Shown here: in pieces, positions 1 through 10,712 of the stretch
Layout of the letters: each line of letters opens with the position of its first letter
How positions within the stretch are numbered: position 1 is the stretch's first letter
From: Botryllus schlosseri
Lineage: Eukaryota
Length of the DNA: 64,000 nucleotides
Reading direction: 5' to 3'
Assembly: GCA_051294905.1 (NCBI GenBank)
Contig: CM119375.1
Span: forward strand, 24,118,001 to 24,182,000
Made by a program: the position numbers and the translations under genes
The notes under the pieces: generated by a model
Told to the model about the DNA's origin: nothing
The model's input: the letters and a program-made list of their open reading frames with translations, nothing else
Databases searched by the model: none

Positions 1-949
1 GAGATTTACAAACCATTGCGCGGGCCACATGAATGTTGATGACCTTTTTTAGTCTTCCGATAGGAGTTAACCGGATTAGGTATAACTGTGAAAACAATAA
101 TAATGTGCATCAAAATCAGCAACAATTATGATATGAAGACCCAGTGTGCAACCAGTACCTAGCCGCGTTCAGCGCGGCATTTATTTATAGTTAATGAATG
201 AATTCGGTCGTTAACAATGTTTCTGGCATGTATTACTGGTCGCCTCTTTTTACCGCTGAGCTCATTTGGCAAGGACAAGATTATCCGACGCTTGGACTCA
301 TAAATATCGAAGATTTCGGCTAATAAGCGAAATACTATCGGCCTATACTTCATGGTTGTTGGTCATATACAACGATCTACGAAAAATGTGGCTGGCCTCT
401 GGCTTCGCCAATGCGTGGGAACTGATATTTTAGTCATCAAAATCCAAAATTTCGCGGTCAGGTTAATCAAATTTGGGTTATTTGCTTTTGTTAATTTATC
501 TCTTTATAAGACGCCGAAATGACCATTTCTATGAATCATGCGTATTTTTTTGGTGGTACCCAATAACCTATATTTCACAACGGAAAATTGAGCGTGGCGC
601 GAATGCTTTTTCAAAATAGGCATAAATTTTCAAAGAAATCTATAATTTATGCTAAATACAAAATAATTTTGAGCTCCCTTCGAGATCACCCCACCCCTAA
701 TAGGGGGGTTTGGGGTGCGGCAGTTACGATCCTGACTCGAGCTACCACTGTACCGTCTTCTCGCAGCTTCCAATTCGTCTGCAGATGTACCAACATGATT
801 CTATCAAACCGATTATATCCGTATCTGAAAAATCCCATACTATACACAGACGCCTGTCACGTATAGACGCTAGTGGCTGGAGTCTGAACAAGCCGCGTTC
901 CGCTCCGAGTGTTTCGTGAAACAGCTGAGAGACTCAATCGTTTTTTAGA

Positions 950-1306
950 TAGGATTACCTATACGTCATAAGAATTAATGTCCTCTTTTTTACTTTTTTG
1001 AAAGTGTCCTCGGAGGATGCCTAAATGGCCTCCTTGTTGAGAAATTGTCCCTTTTTTGGAAAATTTTGGTGGAGATGCATGAAATCAGAGGTCAAGTATC
1101 GGATCTCCTGGGTTTTCGGGACTCGAGCCCGAAAAATGACATTTTTTAGTCAACCAATGGAAAGCTCATAGAAGGTCGGTATTACGGGAGTTGACCCGGA
1201 AAAGATGACCTTTTTTGTCTACCAACCACAAACCATTTTTCCGGATTTTACTCCAGTATTGTAAGTCTGAAAAAATTTTCAGATTCCCAAGATATGGTAA
1301 TACCCT
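950..1306. mobile_element. Diverged copy of the TAGGCTTACCATA hAT-type MITE family
   Basis: Starts taggattacctatacg and ends atatggtaataccctg. Shares internal gtcctcttttt / gaaagtgtcctcggagga and gatgaccttttt motifs with 8946-9455 and 25834-26135. No TSD recognisable. Confidence 0.6.
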
Positions 1307-2687
1307 GTTGGATATTCGTCCATTGCGAATATGCCAACAAACATGAGATATTGCGAAATTAGATTAAAGCGAAAGCTTTAATTGTCAAATAGGCTATATT
1401 ATAATTTGATAACTTATCATGGAATCATGTGAAACCTTTGTGACGTCATAGTCGCATCGGTTGGTCGCATAAGATTAAGATTTCCCCAAAGAATGTAGAA
1501 TGAATTCTTTGGATTTTCCTTATCTTGTGGTCATATCTTTGCCCTATTTAGAGTTTATGTATGGCACAACGTGATCAACATGACCATGACTTTGTTTTCT
1601 CAAGATGTTGAAAATGGACATAGCTACTCATTGCATTTAATCACTGTACGCTATCAAACCTCGTTTTCAGTGCCACAACTTGCCGTAGTCGTTTCAAAAA
1701 ACAATTCCGATTTTAATGTCTATGACGTCATAAGGTACACACTTTCGGACCTGAAAGTTATGTTCTATGTGATGTCACAATATGCGTATATGTTTGAATT
1801 CAGAATCGTTTTGCGTTATTTTCACTTTAACACCTGACGAAGGAGCGGAGCTCCGAAAGCTCGTGTGATAAATAAAATTATTACGTTGCAAGTGGACGCT
1901 AAATAAGCTGTGAAAGCTACCAAGATCCTAATATATTTTATCAGTGACATCCGTTGACATTCATTTAGAAGAAATCGCTTGTATTTCGACTTGAATGCGG
2001 ACATGCTGCGGATATCCCGAGATCACTCGTCCATGATATTCCGTGACGTCTCGCATAAGAAACTACTTCTTGTGATGACTCGAGACCACTGAGCCATAGC
2101 CTCGTATATTAGTGTATGTAACACGTGTTAGAGACCATTAATATTGAGACTCTATACGCAGATACAGAAATCGCCGGTTGCTCACTACATGGACTCTTAT
2201 TATACGTATCTGACGATCCGATACATATTATGTTGGTAGCACAACTATAACTTTGCTACATCAAGATTTTCAAGGACAAACTCGATGATCAAAATTAACG
2301 AAGGCTCACAAGCCAATTTTTGTGTTTTACAACTCTTAAATATGGTGATGCTATTTGTACCAATTTTGCTCACACCATAGTATTTTGCTTTTTGTCTTAA
2401 AGCAGTCTCATAATTGGGTTTCTCAATAGCGGGCCGACCTTCTTCCTAAGAATTATGTAATTGTGTAATAATGAGCATGCATAAATACGTGGCTTAGAAT
2501 GTTATAATCCAATGTTTATGTGCTTACCATACTATTTATTTTCGGGTCGGGCAAATAAATATTCGAGAACCTCTGCTTTATAGACTATACGCTTTGCGAC
2601 TTCCATTTTATTCAACAAAATAACTGCAACAATACAACTGGTACATCGTTTAATTGTCAATCATCAGAGAGGATGAGATCTAGTTGG

Positions 2688-2815
2688 CAGTGTTGGGATG
2701 ACTCGAGTCAGATTCGAGTCAACTTTTACGTATGACTTGACTTGACTCGGCGATTCAGAAATGCGGATTGACTCGAGACTCGGAGCAAAATTTACGAGTC
2801 AACTTCAAGTCATCA
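2688..2815. repeat. GACTCGAGTC/TGACT-rich MITE end (cagtgttggga...)
   Basis: Clustered gactcgagtc / tgacttgact motifs. The same motifs recur at 8460-8625, 21230-21390 and 21640-21715. Confidence 0.55.
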
Positions 2816-3857
2816 ATAAGTAAACGGTGTCGACCAAATCCATGTATCACGTGTATATTCGGATCGTTAGCGATACGCCGGTGACATTTCTAAGAGCAAC
2901 CAGTCATTCATTTAATATACGTTTCACTGGTCCTCCATCACCAATATATTGGCCGCACACGAAATGATCACAGCTTAAGTTGCCGTAGTAGAAAGTAGAT
3001 TAATAGCAACGTATCTCTGTTTCTTAGACGGCTCAGTGCTTACATTACGCAGTGCTCACCATTACCAACCATCTTGTATGATTTAAATAGAATGAATATA
3101 GGTCATGTATTTATATTCTCATGGATACATAGCTGGGTAGTGTATTGTACCATATCAATTTGTTTGAACTTCTCGAGGCTTATCGTATTCGAGTCTCTAT
3201 TTTGGCTGATAATAACATTTATAATAAAAGACTGTAGCATGTAACTATACAGTTACTCACGTATTGTATTAGTAGTTCTACGTATGCGTGTGCGGTACAA
3301 TGCAATTTTGCATGCAGGGGAGATGTGGTACCGATGGATCACTGGGACCGAAAATACTTGAAAATTATCCATGATAATCCCATTCCTACACTCCGTGAAT
3401 TTGACTAGAATTACATGCAGACAGAATCTTTCCTCACATGCAAAAATAAAATTGACCTGCGTGAGTTATGGGGTCTGAGACGAATGATTTACGTTTTAGA
3501 GGGTGTAAAGTAAATTTGGATCGACATTTGCATTTTCTATATCACCTTTCAGACTAACAAACCCGCCATAATTTTTGATGTGAAGTACAGGGCTTGTATC
3601 AGGGTATATAATGGCCCATATTTTTTGAATCAATACCATCCTCGAATGGACTATTTTCAAGTCAATTACAATATTTATGGGGTGGGGACCTATGGTACCA
3701 TAGCCACATCAAGCAAAATAAATGGACCAACTAATCACTTAGCAACAGAAACTCGCCTACATATATATAGGCTGTAAATCATAGTTACCTGCGGTGTTTT
3801 ATCGCTATTACGAGGTATTTGAAAGGCAAAATGTCGATATGCGGGTAATCTGTATTT

Positions 3858-4787
3858 TAGGGTTGCCATACGTCCGGAATTTCCTGGACATGTCCAGATT
3901 TTCACTGTTCAAACTTGCATCCGGGAGGAATATCTAAAATATCCCTAAAGGTCCGGAATTTTGAAGGCTTGACCTAGGCTAATAGTTTTTTCGTAAATCT
4001 ATATAGCCTAATAACATTATTTTTGGGAATATATATGCTACATGATATTCTTCTTCGCGCTGTGCGCGATTTACTACCACATTTATTGTTTTTAATATGG
4101 GACTATCACCACCCTCGCAAAAAGTGCGATAAAATATGAATAACCTTGATTTACTGAAATAAGCCTAATTGTAATTGCAATTATAGGAGTCCGATATATT
4201 CCTAGAGATGGTTGAGGCCTTTTAAATTCTTTATTCTGAGATAGTGGTTCCAAACGTGGGGGTCGCTTGCCTTTATTCTGGGGTTCGCGAAGATGTTGAT
4301 CGTGAACGTAATCAACTCCAACAATAGCTCGTGAGTAAATCTTGGCAATTAAGGGTGATGACTTCTTTTAGTAATCAGCTCGTCAAATTTTGATCTGGGC
4401 CACGGAACATTTTCAAATTGGAGATGAAGTCACGACCATAAAAATTGAAGAGCATTGGATGTTATTATTGACAGAAGTCATTCAAAAAATTTAACGACCA
4501 AATGCATATAGCAAGCCCCACAGAAGTTGCATCGATTACCCTATCGTGGGCCTAAAATCATTGTTAATTCTGGCGGAAAGAGACTGAAAAAATGTGGTTT
4601 CGGTCCCGGTTAAACAACACACAGTACATACTGCTGAACCTGGTTCGTGGCCATCTCTGGTCTATAAGCAAAGCTTTGCTAGTGTGACGTCATATTGACA
4701 GACAATAAGCTGATAACTCATTTTGAAATCCACTAGTGGGCGCTAAAGAGTGTCCGGAATTTGGATCACAGAAATACGGTAACCGTA
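3858..4787. mobile_element. Old non-autonomous hAT-like element
   Basis: Imperfect TIR: tagggttgccatacgtccggaa versus the reverse complement of gtccggaatt...ggtaaccgta. Flanks ctgtattt / atgtatgt match at 6/8. Contains a nested agtggttccaaacgtggg MITE remnant from ~4243. Confidence 0.5.
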
Positions 4788-5069
4788 ATGTATGTGTCAT
4801 TAATTTTGTAAGTTTATGGGTAAATCAAAACATGATTTTATGGCAACATTGGAGTTGATAATATATTTTATTCTTGAAGGTCGCGACGAAACATTCTTCA
4901 TTGGCTTGCTGTAGCTTAGCTTATAGTACACAACAAAACAAGTTAACAAATTTGAGTTTTTGAGCGTATGTCTCATAGGTCCCATGGTCGTGTGCCTTTG
5001 GACCCACGGGGTGGGGACCGATGACACGTTCGAGCAGCAAATTTTAAACGTTTATAAATATTTTTTGAA

Positions 5070-5535
5070 AGAGAGAGAGAGTCTTTATTTTCATCCAACC
5101 AAAATACATAACACACGGCAGTGATGGTGGTACAGAAAATATGCTTGCACAGTATTCGGTATTAGATAGGAATGATCGATAAGACCGTGAAGGTCATCTA
5201 GTCTGATCACACCAGCATCAAACAGGTTCACTTGACTCTAAGCAGTCTGGCTGTAAAAAAGGTTACAGTAGTTAAAAAAATAAAATATAAGAAAAATTAA
5301 ACGATGGTAGCAAATGATCAATGAAGCAATGTCTGGGCGAGGTAGGGCAACAGTGTTAGTGTAACGACAAGAGGTGATCAAGTAGGGCTTTTTTGAAGCT
5401 ATTATAAGGCAATTCACGGATGTGTGGTGGTAATGCATTCCAGATGATAGGTCCCGAGTAGTCGATAGATCTCTTAGTTAGGTTGCTATTGGGCGGATAT
5501 TCATGTAAATGTCTGCGATAGGTAGAGCTTGTATC
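5070..5535 (-). mobile_element. 3' end of an L2/CR1-group LINE (5'-truncated, split by a hAT insertion)
   Basis: Minus strand reads ...KRSIDYSGPIIWNALPPHIRELPYNSFKKALLDHLL*, the typical GP..WN.LP...FK..L C-terminus. Followed by AATAAA (5084-5089) and a (CT)n tail (5070-5081). The sequence continues past the TSD at ~8223-8245. Confidence 0.78.
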
Positions 5536-5717
5536 TAGCGTTGGGACCCCGGGAAATCCCGATCCCGGGATCCCGGGATTTGAAGCAATCCCGATCCCGG
5601 GATTAATCGCAATGAAATCCAGGGATTCGCAAGCAACATCTACCAAGGCTTACGTAGCGCAATATCTCTTATTTTGGAAAATAAAGCAGTGTTACAAACT
5701 CGGCTGATTGTCTAAAA

Positions 5718-6941
5718 CAGGGGTCACCAACCTTTTTGCAACCAAGGGCTACTTTTGGGTACTGATTGAAGGGACGGGCTACTATTTACTCCCGCCGTTT
5801 ACCCGTGCCAGACACAATTTCCGCTTTGATATTCGTAGCATTGGGCAGGTATCGAATAGCGGTAAGACTTCTAAGAGATTCTTTTAAATCAAAACATCTC
5901 ATTTTAACCAGCTAGCCAGTAAGACTTTTTAAGAAACCACGAATTACTTCGCACCGTGTTTATATAAATTATATAACAAGTGTAAGCTCAGATTTTGAAA
6001 TAAATCTCGTCATACGTTATACTGGACATCGTGTTATCTGTTTCTAAACCAGTCAGTGGGAGGCCTGGCATTGCATGCTATCAACTAGTGCGCTGTACTC
6101 TGGTATGTAACTTACACTGCAACTCTGAGTGAGTGTTCCAGATGTGCATTAGTGAGGCGTGTTCTGTGTTTGTTATTTGATGAATGTCGTTTCCGCAAAG
6201 ATAACGATAAGTTGAACCAAACACGCTTGCAACCTTCATAGCTGCTGCGCGTTCACCACTGTACCTTTCCGTGTCAACAGGCACCAAAAGTTTGCTGCAG
6301 CCTTGTGGGCTTTGAGGTGGAGGTGATTTTGCAGTGGTACAATTTCAATCTCTAACTGTTCAGCATCCAGGCATGACAGATTTCATTATACCTGACAGCA
6401 GCATCGATTACAGAAAGTTAGAAATATGGTACTATAAATTAAGTTGAGTGTAAGAGAGACAAGCTGTGTCAAAAGATGCAATACACATTGGGCATAGTGC
6501 ATCTGCTAGTACGTCACCGCCATTTGCTACCGGATAGTAATTTACTACTTTGGCATTGTCCGGGACGTCGAGCTACTATAACGGAACCCCCCACCCTTTC
6601 AAGAAGACCGTGGATGGCATGCCGTCATATCGCCTATTCTACGTCTTAGATATCTTGTTATTCTACCACATGTTGGTATGATACTAATTGTAATTGGGGA
6701 TATTTGATATCATCATTTTAAGTGTTTATATATATGTATTGTCATTTCTATGTCACATGTTATAGTGTGATTTAAACAACAATAGCTAAATCACTCAATT
6801 TATATACTTAAAAGCTCACTGGTGATAATATGACGATGGCAAATGCTGCTATTCGATCTATTTTTAGAACAGGCTCGCGGGCCACTCATCTGGTCCTCGC
6901 GGGCTACCTGGTGCCCGCGGGCACCAGGTTGGTGACCCCTG
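5718..6941 (-). mobile_element. Deleted hAT Charlie/Buster element
   Basis: TIR caggggtcaccaacct at both ends. Perfect TSD GTCTAAAA (5710-5717, 6942-6949). Carries a transposase C-terminus. Confidence 0.93.
6053..6385 (-). pseudogene. Charlie/Buster (GTF2IRD2/EPM2AIP1-like) transposase C-terminal fragment
   Basis: Frameshifted minus-strand reading LDAEQLEIEIVPLQNHLHLK...NFW...KVASVFGSTY...YIPEYSALVDSMQCQASH*. FGSTY and the terminal QCQxSH* are hallmarks of this family. Confidence 0.85.
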
Positions 6942-7080
6942 GTCTAAAACAATTCCCAATTATATGAAAAACCAACTATGACATATCAATGAACAGCACA
7001 ATCACTTCCGTCGTAGTCTACGGATCGTAGACGGTGCTGCGGAGGTGAAATACCGGTCGGGATAATAGCAAATTTCGAAG

Positions 7081-7630
7081 ATGTCAGTGCGAAGAAAAAA
7101 TCAGATGTGCGGCAAAACGTTTTGTCTCGCAAATCTACAGAAAAAGCCAAATGCAACTTGTGTCAAGACGTTTTGAAAGCTTCAGGGTCTAGCAAAGCTG
7201 TTCCCAACGTGGGCGATATCTCCCCACAGTGGGCGATTTTGAGAAACAAGGGGGCAATTAGAGGGCGAAAATGTTACGACGTTCAGTGAGATATATATAA
7301 TCATCACGGCCAGAAAATGCACGTGAAGATGGCTTATTCTGCATACGACTAAAATGGTCACTTAACGGCGGAAACCGGTTTTTCGAGCACCTACTCGGAA
7401 AAACTACCTTTTTATCTACTCAATTCTTTGGCGATCAAAGTTGAGGTGAATAAATTTCCCGTTTATATGTCCTCTTCTTCAGATCCGTAAATATGGGGCG
7501 ATAGGGGATGGGGGGTGAAATTTTGTGTCGAGCTTGATAAGGGGACGATTAGTCGAAAAAGGTTGGGAACCACTGGTATAACGCGGAGGGACTGGTAACG
7601 CATTTGGGGTCCGTACACATGATAGTAATT
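7081..7630 (+). pseudogene. BED zinc-finger N-terminus of a hAT transposase, split by a MITE
   Basis: KAKCNLCQDVLKASGSS up to ~7195 rejoins TEGLVTHLGSVHMI after 7583 once the MITE and one TSD are removed, giving C-x2-C...H-x4-H. Confidence 0.8.
7196..7575. mobile_element. CAGTGGTTCCC (Charlie/Buster-type) MITE, older copy
   Basis: gttcccaacgtgggcgatatc ... aaaggttgggaaccactg matches 48527-48806. TSD is decayed (gtctagca / gtataacg). Confidence 0.85.
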
Positions 7631-8322
7631 TAATCACCCATGACTAAATCGGGCACGTCAAAGAAAGATCAGTAAAAAATGAAGACAAGAAAGATCGATT
7701 CCTTTCATAAATCGCATAATCCTCGGCCCGGTGAACTTCCTAGTCAGCTAACTGCTGGGGACGGGCTAGGATTTAAACAAATTTTTCTAAAGTGAGCGAA
7801 TTTGTCGGGCCTTCAAGGCTGACGGCTATGACTTGCCAAGATGTCACAAACGGGTTCGGGACTTCGTGATCGAGCACAGCAAAAAATCCGCAAGTGTGTG
7901 GAAGAAGAGCTTATGGTAATGTGACGGAATGATGGACGTTTTTCGATCACGTTGGACAAATCAACTCCTACACGAAACAGGCGGTACATGAATTTAAAAG
8001 CTCATTGTCCGGGTGGCTTTCGATCGCTGGGTTTCATTCGTATTCACGGGAGCATGTTTTTGCGTCAATATTATGAGGAATATATGTTGTTTTTGTGGCT
8101 TGTATGTCCATTTTGATACTTTGCTAATCCCGGGAAATCCAGGGATTGAGGAGCGAAAATCCCGGGAAATCCCGATCCCGGGATTTGGAATTTGATCCCG
8201 AAGTCCCAACTCTACTTGTATCGAAGTGTTGAGACAGCGAAATATCTGCTTTTCTCGCCTGAAGATTTGACGGCCAGGGACCATTTTGCAATTTTTGATC
8301 CATCGGTACCACATCTCCCCCT

Positions 8323-8400
8323 ATATTCGTTATTTGATTCAAGATAAATGGCTGATTAATATATTAATTAGCCATTTATCTTGAATAAAATAACGAATAT
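8323..8400. repeat. 78-bp spacer-less palindrome
   Basis: Arms 8323-8361 and 8362-8400 are reverse complements at 37/39 positions. Confidence 0.9.
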
Positions 8401-8459
8401 GTCTTTCACACAGCTGGTAAAATGTTATGACTTTTCAATCATCACTCTTACTTCGAAAA

Positions 8460-8625
8460 TTCAATTTGACTTGAATTGTGACTTGACTCGTGAATTGACT
8501 TGACTTGACTCGACTTGACTTGAGTCACCTCCGAAAATCGAGGGACTTGGACTTGACTCGAGTCAAAATATGCAATGAATCGAGATGACTCGTGACTCGA
8601 AGGCAGTGACTTGATCCCAAGACTG
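8460..8625. repeat. GACTCGAGTC/TGACT MITE right end
   Basis: (tgact)n array ending gatcccaagactg, the reverse complement of the cagtgttggga end at 2688. Confidence 0.55.
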
Positions 8626-8945
8626 CTAGTTGATATTATTAGTATTTTATCATTTAAAAACGACAACAGATAGTGGTGATATTAAAGAATAGGAAGGTAT
8701 TGGAATGGCATGAAGTCTTTTCACCATACTATTTGGTATATCTAGAAAGGATTTGTGTTGAATCCAGTTCAATCTGGTGTAGTTTTGGCCGCTAAATGAC
8801 GAAAATAATAATGATAGAACCATTGCATAACATCAACCTCACCCTCCGCCACATGCCACCTCTTATATTCTCTGCATTACTTTTCATTCAGTGTGCAATT
8901 TGCATGCCTCTTATTTACTTCGCCTAAGCCCTAGGCTAAGTTGGG

Positions 8946-9455
8946 TAGGCTTACCATACGTCCTCTTTTAAGAGGATTTTTCCTCTTTTTTTACTTTTTT
9001 GAAAGTGTCCTCGGAGGACGGCCTTTTGTCCTCTTTTTTGAGATTTTGTCCTCTTTTTTGAAAATTTCGGTCTGATATGCCGCAAATTAGCACAAAAGTG
9101 ACGGTCCGGCGGATATTTCGGAGTGAAAAACGATGAATTTAGCTCTGAGCGAAAAGATGACCTTTTTTTTTTTTTTTTTCATTAGTCATCCATTTGGCAA
9201 TGCGGAGAGAAAAACGGTATTTTGAGCTCTGAGCAGAAATGATGACCTTTTTTTTTTTTTTTAGTCATCCACCTGGCAATGTAGAGTAAAAAACGGTATT
9301 TTGAGATCTGAGCGGAAGTGATGACCTTTTTTTTAGTCAACCGTCCGCAAAGTGGGAAAAATTCACCGGTTTTTGAGAATTCTACTCCGGTTTTGTATCT
9401 TGCAAATTTCTGAAAAAGTGTCCTCTTTTTGCATTTTCAAAATATGGTAAGCCTA
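8946..9455. mobile_element. hAT-type MITE (TIR TAGGCTTACCATA) with an internal ~80-bp minisatellite
   Basis: 13-bp perfect TIR. Perfect TSD AAGTTGGG (8938-8945, 9456-9463). Confidence 0.93.
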
Positions 9456-9946
9456 AAGTTGGGTGTCTGATCTTGAAGGCTACTTTCAAGTTGTTTCGAC
9501 GCCTTCCTATCTTTTCATTGTATTGCAGTCTTGTGATGTTTCGAAACGATGAAAATATTAATAAACCTGATTGATGACAATGACAAGTCAATTTTTTTGT
9601 TGTTATTGTTCCGGTTGACGAAGCATTTAAATCTCTCTCTCTCTCTCTCTCTCTGCTTCCAACAATTGAAATTTTGCCATTTTCATGTTATTTTATTTCC
9701 CGTGCTGGGAAATGCCTGTACGTACAGCTTTACATTTGCTATCTTCAGCAGCGAGTATCAACAATATGGTAATTATGCGGCTGTTATATATTATTCAGTT
9801 CCAGACAGTGGCAGTCAGAAAGCATTTTGTAATAACTTAATAACATCATCAATCAATATAGGCTATTGTTTGCTGAGACTTTCATGTTGAAACGTTCTGT
9901 ACCAATGTGCCATCTAATAGGGCGCCTCTAATAGAGCCTGAAAACT

Positions 9947-9957
9947 CTATATAAAAG
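9947..9957 (+). promoter_or_regulatory. Candidate TATA box of the IL17R-like gene
   Basis: ctatataaaag lies upstream of a candidate non-coding exon ending at donor aag|gtaaga (~10154) and of the acceptor at 10580. Motif evidence only. Confidence 0.3.
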
Positions 9958-10588
9958 TATTTATTGGCCTAGATCGTTTTATTAGTAGACTTAACTTTTC
10001 ATATGGGTTGATTTATGTTGCTTGCAGCGAGATATTTGTTACGCGAGTCTGAAACATTGCAGTCAAATCTTATAATAAGCAAATGTGTTTGGCATTGCTG
10101 TGGTGTGGAATGGAATAACGGTATGGCTGCTGTGTTGTAACTTGGTTGACTAAGGTAAGATATGAAGTCATGTAGTAATGTGTTCGGCCTTTGTTTATGC
10201 TCACATCCTCTATGGAATCTCGGTTAATTTTTTTGAAGTTAATCCTTCGTGATGAGAGCTTTTCTGCATAGAATAATTAAGTAATTAAACTGAAAGTTCT
10301 GCGTGACGTTGCCTCCAACTCCACTTTGGGCTCGCATGAGAGTGAGAGGCATTCATGATGATATTCTGCAAAGGTGCAGTCGTTTGCATGCTTGCCTAGC
10401 TCTCACCTCTCACGCCACATTAATCCTGGTATGGATTTCTCATTTTAAATCATGCATTATGGTATAAGACTTCAAATCCAAGTAGGCTACGCCATATAAT
10501 TTGCTAGTGACATACTGACACATATATCGCCTTGGAATTAAGAAATATATATTACATCATGATATGTGTTTTACTCTTAGAGGCAATA

Positions 10589-10712
10589 ATGTTGCCACTG
10601 CATATTGGGCTCATCACCTTCCTCATACTTGAAGCTAAATCATTGCAAGAAGAGAAAATTGTGTGCGGTATTGAAGCAAATAAAAGCAATTCTTCATGTT
10701 ACTGTCAGAGAT
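10589..10712 (+). CDS. IL17R-like coding exon 1 (signal peptide, Cys-rich start)
   Basis: Acceptor ttttactcttag at 10580. Reads MLPLHIGLITFLILEAKSLQEEKIVCGIEANKSNSSCYCQR. Donor T|gtaagt, phase 1. Confidence 0.75.

Larger units (their letters stand above)
5536..8214 (+). mobile_element. Internally deleted hAT transposon with BED-finger remnant, hosting two nested elements
   Basis: TIR tagcgttgggac / tagagttgggac with atcccggga subterminal repeats. Perfect 8-bp TSD CTTGTATC (5528-5535, 8215-8222). Confidence 0.9.

Noticed and set aside
1430-2060. Cluster of TGACGTCA (CRE) sites as an enhancer
   Set aside because: No nearby gene start, and the motif also recurs in repeat-derived sequence elsewhere in the window; more likely MITE-derived.
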